Source: Spironucleus salmonicida | Lineage: Eukaryota | Direction of reading: 5' to 3' | Assembly: GCF_000497125.1 (NCBI RefSeq) | Contig: NC_090603.1 | Location: 1-64,000 of the forward strand | Length of the DNA stretch: 64,000 nt | Shown: in pieces, positions 42,165 to 56,051 of the stretch | Layout: every line of letters starts with the position of its first letter | How positions within the stretch are numbered: position 1 is the first letter of the stretch | Position numbers and translations under genes: made by a program | The notes under the pieces: model-generated | Databases searched by the model: none | What the model was told of the DNA's origin: nothing | What the model saw: only the letters and a program-made list of their open reading frames with translations

Positions 42165-44379
42165 ATTACCGCACAATCTGCCCCTTCACGCATCCCTTAC
42201 AATTTTTGACGCCAATATTAATTACGACATATTTGCAACCTATACTATAATCCAATCCTCCAAATACCATTTTCCTTCCATTTCCTTCCATTTCCACGCG
42301 AAAATACCGCAAATTTGAAACTTGAAATTTACCAAAACGCCCGAAAACGCAAATCAAGCCACCCACACTCCTCTAATTCCGCCCAAATCACACCCTGCCC
42401 CGAATTGCACTTTCGTCGAAATGCTCATTCCTCGCCCTCTAGCACTCCAAACTTTCGCTATCCATCCGAATTGTCGCGCGCAGTCGGCAAAATTCCGCAT
42501 TTATATTTGTGGTTCATGGGAATATTTCCACTCCGCAAAACTCGATTTTCGCCACTTTGATTTTTTGGTTTTGGTAGAATTAAATAGAGGCTCCCAGCGA
42601 GGTACTCAACGCGCAAATTGCAGTCCGCTATGGCACTTTTTCGTAGCGATATGGGAAGTTAGAATTTCGTAGTTGATGTTTCGGGCGCAATGCGTGGGGT
42701 AGAGTGAAAGATTTAGGAGGTGATATAATAGGTAGTGATGGGACGTTATATTGCGTTTTTGGGTGTTGGGGGTAAACCTGTATATTTGGGGTGTTACGGA
42801 TTCTCAGGGTAGGTAAAGGTATTTGGGAGTGTATTGTGGTATTTTACTAATGTGAGTATGAGATATAAGGGTAGATAAAGTATTAAGAGGAAAGCTGTTG
42901 AATGATTTTCTGGGTTAGTCTGGTCTGGGAATGGTGATGTAAGCCTTTCTAGCTGATCTGATATAATGATCTGCTTAAGTTGTAATAGATGCAATTAAAC
43001 CGTTGAGAGTGCTATTTTGGTGATATAAATATCATGCGAATATTGAATTTGTTGTACAGTATATATAAACTTGCAAATTCTAAAATTGGAGTTTGTAGAA
43101 GTTATGAATGTTTGGTAGCTAGACTAGTAACTGATATTGGCATTGGCTAGAATTGAGGAGACTGTTGTATTTTTATTATTGGTGTAATTATTTGTATTCT
43201 GAATGAAATAATATACTTTAGGTCCTATAAATACCTTAAACTAAGAGATAAGAAATTAGCTTTTATGAGGTTAGGTGTTGTATGCTGAGGTGCTGGGGTT
43301 TCTACTTTATACATAGTATATTTGATAAATATTTGATTGTACATCAAATAAAATAGTTATATCGCATACTATTTATTATTATCTATTTACTATATAATTA
43401 TTTTACATTTAACTTTATGATTTTGTGTTTCATTATCAGTATTTCATTAGAATATGCATTTTTTAGATATAACATCATTATCATAATATTATCATGATAA
43501 AATTAACTAGCATATTAACAAATAGTGAAACTAACACCATAAAATAGCTAATACCTAGTAATAAATTTTCTTGCATAGATAAATTATAGATTGGATATTT
43601 TGTTCAGTGGTTTATTAAAGATAACGATACTGTACTGATAACTGAACAGGTATAAACTTATTATCCGCATTGAAGGCTAGCATTTATCATAGAATAATAA
43701 TATTCGTATAAAGTTTACTTCTGAGTCTACTTTTTGATAAAATAGTAACTTGAATATCATAACATGCAAAAGTAAGATGAGTAATTCCTATAGCAAGATG
43801 CGATAAAAAATACACAAAGAAAGTCATTATATAAAATGCATTTTATTAAAATTTGAGTATATAATAAGTCTTTATTGGTGATGTTTAGTTACAATTAATT
43901 ATTACTATTATTTTCTAATAGTCATTGATAGAACCTGAATTATCACTATTTTAAGTTTAATAAGTTTATTGTAATAATATTATACTGTAGTTGATAAGTT
44001 AATGGCCTAAAGTTACGTATTCTGTTTCAATAGAAACTAAGTATGTACTTTATGCATAATTATAATAGTCTGATACTATTTATTTTGCATTATTATGATT
44101 ATTTTGAGAGTTAAATTTGTAAGTTATATCAAAAATACAGTTTACAAGTAATTATTATCATATCCTTCTTGTACTACATTACTTATATCTATTTTATCGA
44201 CGGTGCGTTGTAACGTCTTTAGCTTTCATAATTTTTTAATATAAATATAATTGTGTACTAATAATCATTCGCTATTATTCATATAAACTTATTATTCGTT
44301 AACAAATATAAATATATAATAAGTCAATTTTCTTAACCTTTTGCAGACAATATTATACCTGTTTAGGAACTGTTACCCT

Positions 44380-45570
44380 GTTTTTATCTTAAAATAATAT
44401 TTTTTGATCTATAGCTAGTATATTAGCCTTTATTTTTATATTCCGATCTCTTTTTATTTTTCCAACTCAATTTCGGATATTTTCAGCTGCTTTTATATTC
44501 GTTTCTATATATCTTCTGTATAATCCTACCCAAACATATCCTTCATATAATCTCCTAATTTAAGAATAATAAGATCCCCTACGGCTTCTCAATTTTCAAT
44601 CATTGAATTATTAACCCAATCAAGTCTTTTATCGGTGATTAACTATGAAGAATCACCTAGCTCTTTAAACTAATTTAAAGGTAGATATTATCTTCACTAG
44701 TTAAGAACTCATATATTAGCTTACTAAACAATTGCATTATCGATAGGTTCTGATAAATGACTTAAGTAAAGAGAAATATTTGTGAATAAAAGGCATCTAG
44801 GGCAGTTTTTAAAAATTTGTATTTTTATCAAATCCGGCAAATACAGGATCTATTGCATCTAGAAGTTTATATTTAACCCGTGGAGAAATTAAATTAGTGA
44901 ATATAGAAATTAGCAGTTTTTAAATTCCATTAGCTTAGATAATTTATAATTCAAATTAATCCCTCTATACTAGAGGAAATAATATTTCAACATAATAAAA
45001 GCAGAATTGCCAATAATTTGCATACTATATGAATGAATCATCAAATCTATTATCTGAGGAATCCACAAAATAATGTATATTTTTACTAATAAATGATGCA
45101 ATGTCTAATGAAGTATATTGAATATACATCACCGTTATAGCTTTCGGAAAACATATCCAGCAGATAACTGAATCACGATATTTGACCGAATGATTCTCAG
45201 TTCCAAATTTCCGAATCACCCCATTCCAACTATTCCTAACATATGTTTTCTATAGCGATATAAAATATGCACTTTCCACATTTCTGTTGATTTTGTAATT
45301 TCCCCTAAATCATTCCATTTATAAAGATTCGCTACCGTTTTTCCGAATGCGTATAAGCACCTTTGTTGTACTAGCATTTGGTGAAGTGTAAAAATGCATT
45401 TAGTCTTCAAGTTTACGTGAGCGTAGGAAGCGCTGTTTGCTCTGAAATGTTAGAGCTGCAAAACTATCAAAAGTATATTTTTCCTCGTTTTAAGTAAGTT
45501 ATTTTATATACGTTGAGTCTAATAAACGCACGGAAGCGGAATGCTAGACCAAATAGAAGGCTCCATCTAT
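44380..45570 (-). pseudogene. Possible decayed hypothetical gene
   Basis: Long coding-like stretches (e.g. 45025-45219 and a charged helical end ...EDIQKRIQKQLKISEIELEKIKRDR) broken by TGA or frameshifts; no family recognised. Confidence 0.3.
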
Positions 45571-45898
45571 GTGTTTGAAGCAGGATTTCGAAATTGCTTC
45601 TATGGACTCAACAAAACTTAAAATTTGCCGGGCTAGTAGTCTAGTGATATTTCGTATTCGTAAGTCACTTATATTACATTACATATGTAAATAACTAGTT
45701 ATTACATATTTTCACTTTCTTTGGACGTACCAATCCGTAGTTTGTATTTTAGAGTACAAAAAATCGTGATATTTTGCTAATACAGTGGAAATACATAAAC
45801 ATTCCCTTCCGATTTTTGAAAGAATGAACAATTCATATGTTTGCAAAATATGACATGTACGACCTCTGCGACATAAAAAATTACAAAATAATGGTGGA

Positions 45899-47237
45899 TC
45901 ACTCAATTGCTATCAATTGCAGTATATCTTGATTTTCTTCATGTCTGATGCCTGTCGCCACAACTTTTATATCACTAAACAGGTTTGATAGATAGCAATA
46001 GCGACCTTATCCTCTTATCACAAGCTAATTGTTTCCAATATAGGTTCTCTACTCGTCAGTGTACAATTATCCGTATACCTCCACCTAGCATTAATATAAT
46101 TTATCTGGTCTATCATTTATCTATTTAAACAATTTCTCAATAGTATCAAACTGCTCCTTAAACGACTAACCAAACAAGAATTCGTTATCTAGATTAACTT
46201 TTTAGCTCTAAATAAAATTTATTACTAGATATGCATACTCTCTTTCATAGCTACTCATTTATGTTAATATTTACTTATTTGCATCAACAATGTATCCAAT
46301 GTACTAGTTCTTATTCGCCAAATGAATAACGCCATTCTCAATTTTGTAGATAACACTTTAATAGTTTTAAATTTCTGAAAGTAACTTTCTGTAACTAGTT
46401 ATAATTGATATTTCCTAATTAATATATAGCACACTAAGGGTGTGCTTATAATAATCCTGCTCAATTTATGGATATATCTTATCATCTACAAACTCAGCTT
46501 AATACTCGACGTCGATCTCCAGCAGTCTCATGTTTATTTAATTGGACGCGTATAGCGTTTTTATGGTAGTACTTAAATATGTTTTATCTTCACTAAGTGT
46601 TATTATGCTCATTGAATCTGTGTTTTGCCTCTACTGGACAATAACAGTTAAAGCAGAATCATAACTTTACGTATACACCGATACTAACTCCAGTTCCAGA
46701 AATTCAAGCAAATGTAACAACTTTATTCTCTTAGCGTATATAATTAGAATCTTCGTATTCTTCTGTTTTATAAATTTAACCATCTGCGACATTTCGTGCA
46801 GCTGGGAATTAACCTTAGAGAGGTTATGAACAAGCGCAAGGTCCAGGATTACTTTGCTCAGTTATTCAATTTAATAGTAACATTCAAAATTCAATCTAAC
46901 TTTGCAGCTGGGTGAATTACATAGTTTCACAAAGTCGTGCAGTGGGACTTCGTCAGGCATCAGCATCATCCTAATGTTTCGTAAAGCCGCTATTACTGTG
47001 TCTTTATCATTTTCTTTTGTTATCCTCAAGATATAGTGCTAACGGCCATGCCTTATGATTTTGAATAATCTGAGGTCTCTATGCAATTTTTTTAAAATTT
47101 TGATTAAACTTGTAACATAAATACTATATTTAATAAATATATGATCATATCTAATTATCGCTAATACTTTTTTGCTCTGTCATGTAAGTGTTCCTCTCCT
47201 CCGTCTGCTGCTGCGTAACAAACTCATCCGCTAGTTT
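45899..47237 (-). pseudogene. Disabled C-terminal third of giant-NTPase paralogue 3
   Basis: After the in-frame TGA, homology to paralogue 1 continues (LDLALVHNL vs LDLSRVENI; TIKTLYASNQ vs RTKTLYDYNQ) but with a frameshift at ~47150 and at least one more; ends ...LQLIAIE-TGA. Confidence 0.75.
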
Positions 47238-50200
47238 TCACATCCTAACCAGTGTAATTGCTTCGTGCTGATCCTGACCTATCTGGACGACATTCCTGAG
47301 TCCAAACGGTGCTGCCCTCTTCTCAAGCACTTCCTAGTTGTGGTAGCCGCACTGTACCGGCAGAGCCTGGCAGCCGTGCAGCCGCTCCAGTCCGAGGTCC
47401 CCGTACCCGTGGAAGGTGAGCACGAAATTGAATGGCATTTCGACTGCTTCTAATATCAGTGGTAGGTCCACACTCTTACTGAAGCAGATAGCGACGATCA
47501 ATCTGTCATCTATCATTTTCTACTCCCTCAGGATATCAAAAGCTTCTGCAGCTGATCCAATCGAGTCTTCAAGCACCTAGTTCCAGACAGAATACTGGCT
47601 TAACCTGTGCACCCCGTTGTTGAAATTGTGGAGAGCAAAGTCAAAGGTGGGCATCAGGGCCATCATCTCGTGCTTTCCTGGTATTCTACTTATTAACATC
47701 ATCAATTCCTCAGCATTCCTAGTAGCAATACTACCTTAGCGTAGATACTAGCAACCGATATCCCTGCTCTCCCCCTGCTGGATAATCAGTTGGATATTCT
47801 GGATAGCAGTCTCCGGTTGCTGTGTCACAATCATCATGAACAAGATGGCGTTCAGGTAGTTTATCAGTACGCTCCGCTTGAATAGCATGGACATGCTGCT
47901 GAACTCGCGCTAGGCCTCCATCGATGTAAGCTGGACCTTGGAGTACGTTTCTATGAACTAGCACATCAGACTATAGCTCAGAACCACGACCACCTCTTTG
48001 TTAAGGGTGGCTGAAGCAGTATACCTCAAATTGTAACTGCCGTCACTTGCGTGTAGATCAACATCTTATCTATGTATGTTAATTTTAAATTCATTCCATC
48101 TATTTTTATTACAACGTGTGCTAATGTCAATGTAATCTACTATTTAGGTAAGACTGCTGAACTAGTAAACTATACTCTTATTGCCGTTCACCTAAATAGC
48201 ATGCTTCTCAACTGCATTAAAATTACAAGCTTGCAATTGGTACTATGTAGTCACATACCATATATAAGGGCAGATATAAGGGCATATTAGCTGCATCCCG
48301 GCAGACTTCTCACCCATCATAGAATTTAGCAGTTCTACTAGAATAGAATTCTTGTCTAAATATGTTTTTAAGGTTTTTGGGATACCATCCAGTATTGCAC
48401 CCATATCATCACGGTTAGCCAACATGCTGCGCTTGTCGTACTGGGCACTATGCACCAGCGACGGGTGTGGTTGGACGTAACCAAGAATGCTGGCGGCACA
48501 ATTGTAGATAAAGTATTGTCCAGAACCTTAACAACTGAACTTATCTAGTGAAGACTCATTTATTAAGTTTATATCTGTCCCAACTATTATAACTTAAAAT
48601 GTAGCGGCACGACGAGTCTAAAACAGTTTTGCATGAGTGATGTTTAATCGATTTTCTAACATTTTATTGTTAGTAGTTAGTAATCGCATTTAATCCACAT
48701 ACTGCATGGGGAGAGCTGCTTAGCCTAAATAGCAAATTATTTATTCATTTATAGAATATTACCAAAATCTTGTAGCAACTTCACACTCACCTCTATAATT
48801 ATTGCCATAATTCTTATCTTTATATATACATATATCACTTAAACCAATAAACTAAAATGTCTTCCAGAACAGCGTCTCCACCGCCCTCGGGTCGAACAAA
48901 GAAAGTATGAACCTGAAAAAGTACACGTCGAACTCTTCGTGATAATTTTTCTAGTCTAAGTAATTTTTCGGTAGTCCTAAGTAAAATTTGTTTTTAAACT
49001 TTTCCCTGTTTTTTACATTCAGAATTTGCGGTGAGTAGACTATAAGCTCATCAAGGATGTCGTATTCCTCAATCTGAAGCTGCAGGTACTCTGTCGCTAT
49101 AAAAACGTACTCCACATCGGTCAGTATTGCTTCGAGCAGGCTGAAGTATATTGTAAGAAAGCGCTGGTTCGCATATATCTGCTTGTATATTTCTGTTTAT
49201 TTATCGTATTTCTGTTTTCTTAACGTTCGTATATTTTTTATAATATTCTACAATTCCTGGTAGCAATCTAGGGTCAAACTCCTATGCTCTTCTGATGCAC
49301 TGATTTCGTCGAGTTCTGTTTTAATTGCTGAAAGCAAGTCCGTATGCAGAAGCTGCTAAAGCACTCGACAAGCGAAAGTATGTTTTGTATACTTTTTAGC
49401 TTTATACTCATCGGAATACTATTCAAATTGGTCATTTTGTAGAATATTTACTATAGCACAATACTGTTGTCTTCCAATGTTAACCAGCCTCTGTCGGTAA
49501 TCGCTGAAGATCATCTAGCACAGCACTGTGCATTTTACATAATTTTACTTCTGCGATTCTAGACACTCGTCAACTAGCATCAACGGGCGTTTCTTACCCT
49601 AGTGTTTATAATTATATTCCAGCACTTAAGCATCCGTTATGCCGCTGGTATCAACATCACCCTCGTAGATAAAAAATGAGTATTGTTTTAACAAGTCGAA
49701 CTGTTGCTTTATCGAGCTATTAAATTTCAAATGCTTAATAACCCTGATCCCAGATACCCCATTAATTCTGCTTTAGTCTTTATACATATTTTTGATAAAA
49801 ATATTCATCTTCCTGTAAAGGTACTATAAATGGTCCAAACTATCCAGCTGAAAGGTACGGAAGTCGCATATATCATTTAGTATCGTTTCTTTGAAATTAT
49901 TCAAATCCTGCAGCTCGAAAGTATTTTGGTATAATGTCTCCAGTTACGAGTGGAATGACCCAGTTTTGTAGTAATATAGCGGCTGGTCCTCAGAGCCTTC
50001 TTTGTTAACCAACATTGGAGAATTTCCCATCAGGAGGTGGAAAAAATACTGCGTGTACAAGGCTACACTTTTCCCAGACTTGGAACTCTGGTTTATGACA
50101 GCGTTCGTAAGATTCTTATTTATTTCATTTTTAACCAACGAGAATAATGCAAAATATTCTGCCTTGAAGAGGTAGGACACGTGGCAGAGCTGCTGGAACA

Positions 50201-51014
50201 TGAACAGGCAAATACCTGTACCAAGAAAATGTGTGGGGAGCTGGAACAGGTTGATAAGGTCAAACTTATCCAGCTATGGTTTTTCTTATTCTGTGAATGA
50301 CTCTCCATTGTAAATCTTATTCGATACCTCAAATATCTTTCTAAGCAAAACCAATTTATAGCTATACACATTTGTTGCGCTTTTATTCTTCTTTAATTCT
50401 GTAAACTAAGTATCATACAACCTGAATGCCGACTAGCCAAAAATCAATGGTAGAATTAGAGGATACTTACCTTCTGATTGGTATTTAATAGCTGCTAGCT
50501 ATAATAATACCTGATTTTCATGAAAATTTAAATCATCTATAAATTCAGGTTAGAGAAGCTATTCCGTGTCAAAACTACTGTAAAAAGAAAAGTACTGCAA
50601 ATGGTAGTCTTTAATGCTATTTGCAAATTTATCAAAATCAGGGTTTCGTGTGGAGTTTGTCGAAAGCACTCTAAGCCCCATCTGTGCTGCAACAAGACCA
50701 ATATTGTCCCAAAATTATGGATCTTGCGATTTAATAACTGCTTCAACCTGTGATATCTAAAACAGCACATTCTGAGCAATTTTCCCCAGCTTCTTGTAGA
50801 GCAGGACGACCTAGACCGCGCACAGCTGCTCCTTGGTAGTAATAGTTGATCGGAGTATGTACCTGCAACTCATGTCCAACTGCCTGGACTATCTGATCTC
50901 GCTGCCTTCTATGGTAAAGGTGAGCAGCTCCTAGGTATTTCTTTCGACTTTGACTTTTCCATCACGAATCGCGTATTGGTGCACTGCGAAGTCTACTGAT
51001 AGTGGATTTGTCAT
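47238..51014 (-). CDS. Giant P-loop NTPase, AAA-ATPase-like family, paralogue 3 (~1258 aa, truncated by a premature TGA)
   Basis: MTNPLSVDFAVHQY...; supplied fragments 49944-50201, 48243-48455 and 47334-47516 share this frame; NAVINQSSKSGKS, PLMLVDEC, LFDPRAVETLFW, ILGYVQPH, MQLICPYICP; TGA at 47238-47240 where paralogue 1 has Lys. Confidence 0.8.
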
Positions 51015-51251
51015 TTAGAGTGAAACCTGTGTAATTAAATATGTTAGGTAGTAAGTAATTGTAATTTCAGCTATATATCATATGAAGTGTAGTATTGTAT
51101 ATAATAGTTAATATAGTATTAAATAATAATTACAGACAAAGTCACTATTTGTGTGGTTTCTGTGAGCGAGATGGGCATGCTAAGTATCATCCAGTTAAAA
51201 CTAAAATATATTATGTTTACTAATTCGGTATATCCTTCATGATGTACTTAT

Positions 51252-52250
51252 ATGTCTCTCCTGCAACTAAATGCACAGGTTATCTATCCTGTTCTCTTGC
51301 ACTCAGAAATATTTCGCTCTTCCAACTACGCCAGTAACACCAAATTCACCATTTTCGGTCACTACTATTACGAGCGTAACATAATTTTCCTATTAACCCT
51401 CTATATTACAAACCTGTACTCCAGCTTTCAGGCCTCAACCCAGTGCATGAAAACCTGCATATTGCACGAAACTGGATATCCTAGCATGAATATGTGATAT
51501 TGCCCTCCCAGTATGATGACTTTCTATTTTTAATAAAGTATTAACAATTGTACCAATATCCAACCAGAACATAATATCACTTACCCCTAGTTCTGCTGTG
51601 ATGCCTTTATAATGTCAAGATTAGTTTTACCTCCATTTTCCCTACATCCATACTTATGGAACACCTTCAATACTTCGTCCCACGTACCAACACTATATAA
51701 AACCATGTCCCAGCCCGCTGGTATGCTTTACAGTATAATAATATTTAGTAAATGGTAATAATGGTAAGTCCATTAAACACAGATTTATGGTATCAGAAAT
51801 ACTCATCACTCCTTTACCTTCATATTTTAGCAACTACAAAGACTTTCTGTAGTGCTAACCTGGCATACTTAATACTGCATTTGCACTGTGATTACTTAAT
51901 TGGTGATAAGTATTCCGATAATAGCAAAGTATCAACACGGTGCAATGATAATTAATATCTGAGTACTAGTACAAGAAGTTAAGAATTCAATTTATCGAGC
52001 AACTGAATACCTACTAGTTATCAGGTATTATATATATAATTTATGGGACCTCCTACTCATGGATAGATTATTTGTATTCTAGCGGCATCGCCATGATTGT
52101 TCAATGCCTAATGATCAAATTATTCTAACATGCACTCATGGAATAGAATCGCAAGAAGCACGTATATGTGTCCAGTGGTTACCATGTTGTTTGATCCATG
52201 CAAAAATAACCATTCCAGTCCTTCAAATTGTTATATGTAAATAATATTAG
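51252..52250 (+). pseudogene. Decayed hypothetical gene (weak glycosyltransferase-61-like pattern near the 3' end)
   Basis: 81-aa ORF from ATG 51252 continues in broken frames; FIEQLNTYQLSGIIYIIYGTSYSWIDYL loosely resembles the GT61 'EQ...A..I...HG' segment. Weak. Confidence 0.2.
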
Positions 52251-53238
52251 TTAAACCAGCTTATAAATTTTTGGTCAAGAGGTTGACACAGTATATTCAT
52301 GTTTATCTTTAAAATGTTGTATTTCATTATATAATATATTATACCGCAAATATAATCAAAGCTAAGATCGTAACGCTTTTGCAGGCTCTTAGCTTATCAC
52401 CAGGGTCTTTTGCTAATTCATGACTTAGCGTATTTAGTATAAAATTGTGATATAGCACTACTAGCTACTCAGTCACTGAGGTAGCTCAACTTCTAATATT
52501 TTTATTTTAGGAATATCTTGAGGCGCCTCCAAATATTTTGACTTGCTCAAAGTAGACAGTCGCCAAGATGCAGCACTAAAATCTATGCTGATAAATTCTT
52601 CAGGCGTTCGCTAGAACAGCTTACGAGGAAAACCGAAATATTTTAACTCTTCCTAGAGTTTAATATATCACTGCAGATTTAGTACTTACATGATATACCT
52701 ATGTACTTATCTACATATGTAAATTTCTTAAACCAGGCAACTACCAGTAAATCCTTACTCTAAATCGTTCCTACCTCAGCTCTACGCCGCAATTACCTTT
52801 TATTGTCAAATGCTAAAATTACCACAAGGCCCACAAACCTCCCAAAGATAACCAGCACCGAAGCCGCAATGCCAGAAACACGACCCACACCAAGCTAATT
52901 ACATCCACCTTAATAAACCCGTATAACCTTACTATAGCCCTCCTAGCGCAACCTGCACCTCCCATTCGCATCCCTCCCCACATACGGCAAACACGATCCG
53001 AAACTTCAGCAGACCCTCCTGCAGGCCTTAGTGGAAAGCGCGGTTTTCTATATTGAACATGGAGCATAAATTTCACCTCGAACTGCGATTTTCGCTGCAT
53101 TCGCAAAGCCCTATGGCAGTTCCAGCAGGCCGCTGTTCAAAAATGCGTCAAAACGGAAATCGTGAAATCGATTTTAGCTATCGCGCTATTCTGCTAGAAG
53201 GGCCTAGCTTTGCAGTGAAATGTGCGGTATGGGTAGGC

Positions 53239-55362
53239 ACGGCTTCTGCTTCTACGCTGGAAAGAACGTGGTTTGCGCGAACTTCTGGCGTTGCGATAAG
53301 CTGCAGCATTAGTGTAGAAATAGCAAAGGCAGTTTTCTGAGTTTCGGTGTATCATGTATTTAGCAAGTTAACGACTCCTGCGGGTCAGATTGGGATGGAA
53401 ATATTTACTGCTTCGAGTGTGGTAATTTGCAGCAGTCGTTTAAGTGCTAGCAGGGCTCAGTTCAGTTCAAGTTTGGGGGTGCTTGCAAGCAGCACGCGAG
53501 CAATTTCGCCGATTCATGCGCGCTTGAGGGTGTGAATAAAGTATGCGCAGACGGAAATTGCAGGAAGTTTGACAAGCTAAAAAATATGTGCGTGGAGTGC
53601 GATAGCACGTTGGTGAACATTAAGGGAAATTGTGGTGTTCTGACGGTTCCATAGAATGGGCAGCCGCGGGCCGGTGCATTGCGTCAGTATAGCGTTTCTG
53701 GTGCGATTAGTGCGATGAAGGATGGAGTGGAAATGTGTGCGATTAGTGCGCGAAAGGCTACATGCCGTGCAAATGCACGAGTGGGCTATTTGCGCTCTGC
53801 TGCTGCAAAGTCGGGCTAGGGCTGAACGGCGTGTGCTATAGCAATGAGGCTGGCTGTGCAATTTGCGTTTCTTGCAGCTCTAGGCACCAACTTAGTAATT
53901 AAGAATGCGTTAAAATTGGTCTGACCAAGCAGTAGGTACTTAGTTTTTTTGTTCCTGCTTCACTAGTATTACTAGTTTTACTTGCTTTAATGTTAATTGT
54001 ATTTTTAATTGGGAAGGAAAAGCGAAAATGTTTATAGATTTTTGTAAAAAAGCTGGTTAAGCGCCTCGGAATTCACCTTATATTCGTCATACTATCATAA
54101 ATTTTAGCTGTCATAGTAGCTATATAGGATGTCTACATAGATGATTTTTCATGCAAACAGCGGTTAGCATATTCTCGATGCTGCCATTTGCCTTGCTATT
54201 CTTGTTTTTAGCGCCTCCAGTATACAAGAGGTACTTTTTTAACATGGTGTCTCATTTTTATTTGTTTATTCTGGCAGCCGCTATCTAGGTATTGTTTAAT
54301 GCTGTTTAGTACCTAGCTGTAACAGATATTGTCTAAGACTTTGGAGAACAGATCTATAAACTAGCAGGTCCCCAAATAACGCTATTATTGTGCATATTTC
54401 TCGCAAGATTCAGATTCAAACCCCAACAGAAGCTAGCCCTGTTCATAGGCTTAGGGCTTCCGCTAGCAACATAAATATATTATACGATCTAGGATTCTAT
54501 GGCAGCTGGGTACTTTACTGGATCCTCGGCAGGAAATGCTATCATAGGCCAAGCTATGGTTCTTCTAGCTATAATATTAAGCGGTACGTAATTTTATGTA
54601 TTTGATTTGATTCTCGGACGATATGGCGAGGTGGGCGCTATTTACAGAATTTCGCTTTCGTCTTTCTGCATTAATCCAGTCGTTGGATTGTTATACCCTG
54701 GTGAAATATTAAATGCGATTCTTTAGTATGACATATTTTTCTCCAGCTTGCTCACCTAAATGTTATTTAACGTGGTCAATATTATAGTAATGATGCGAAT
54801 ATCGGCAGTTGAGTTTTCGATAAACCTAATCTCATCAGCAATTTGGGCACAGTTTATAGCAGCGGTAGGGGATTATTATTATTCGTAAAATAATAACTAC
54901 CTCAGTACACCCATTCATGTTATTCTCCAAACTTTTGCTTTAGTTATTGTTTTTGTTAGTTTAACCTACTTTAATATCAGAAGCTCTTACTGGTATCATA
55001 GAAAGAATGTGAGGTAAGCAAAAGAGCTAGAAACTGAGGTCAGTGGAGTTATGCCCTTCATTAAAACCGCAATACTGAAGAAAAAGGATCGATCATAGAC
55101 GGAATCTGACTAATTTAATGATAACGTGGAAAGCTCCACATCCTAGATGAGACGAAACATAATGAATCTCGATGGAAATTTGCCAAGAAAAGGTACAGGG
55201 AAACCATTTCTTATCAGCAAAAACAACGTATTAGATAGCAATGAACTTTTTGGAACAAAATAATATAAATCTCAACAAAATTCACAGAAATTGTTTACTG
55301 GTATAGATTCCAAGCTTTAGCTGGCTTCCTTTGAGATACGATCGCCAAATCCTGTGGAGTGA
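53239..55362 (+). pseudogene. 5'-truncated, frameshifted copy of the Cys-rich/DMT-like fusion gene
   Basis: Matches 31079-33204 but lacks the first ~800 bp and has indels (extra A at ~53580, missing T at ~54148). Confidence 0.85.
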
Positions 55363-56051
55363 CAAATTCGTATCGTAAATCTCTTATCCACATAAATGCA
55401 TTTTTAATATAAAGTGTATATTATATAATGTTAGTATTAATTTAATTGAATAATATATTAATGATATTAAATTCATTTTGTTAATTTCCCTTCTTACTTG
55501 TAGTTATGATTTATGATATTAAATAATTAGTTTTATATAATATTATACTTTATTTGCTATTCATCGTATAAATTATTTAATAGAGTTGAATTCATATCTT
55601 CTAACTTATAATTATGACATCATTATTTTATTACAAATAGAAGTTATTAATTTTTGCTGTGAACAATCTTTGATATTGTATGAAAAGTGTTAAGAAAATA
55701 TTAAAAAATATATAATATGTTAATATATTTTTTACATAATTTTAAATAAAATTGCCTACTATTATAACTATTTGCAGATAACTGAAATCTTTAAATTACT
55801 GAGTACCTTTCAAAAGATTTTCTATTTTTTACATTAAGTTATCTTTATATGTGATATTGTTGTAATTAATTATTGTCTTATACATTACATTTTATAATTA
55901 AATGTATTTATTAATATAATAATTAAGTGACTAGTTTTTAGTTTTTGGACCAATTTTAATATTTAAGTTAAACATACTTTATAAAATTAAGAAAAACAGC
56001 GAAATAATGTTTTGCTGATTAACTAATATAATATTTATCATAATCTTTAAA

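Noticed and set aside
45712-45906. Conserved Cys/His peptide MSDPPLFCNFLCRRGRTCH
   Set aside because: It starts at a non-ATG codon overlapping the family stop; it is shared 3' flank and is truncated in the copy at ~2760-2860.
47238-47240. In-frame TGA as selenocysteine or readthrough
   Set aside because: It aligns to Lys, not Cys, in paralogue 1, and a frameshift follows within ~90 bp, so ordinary decay is more likely.
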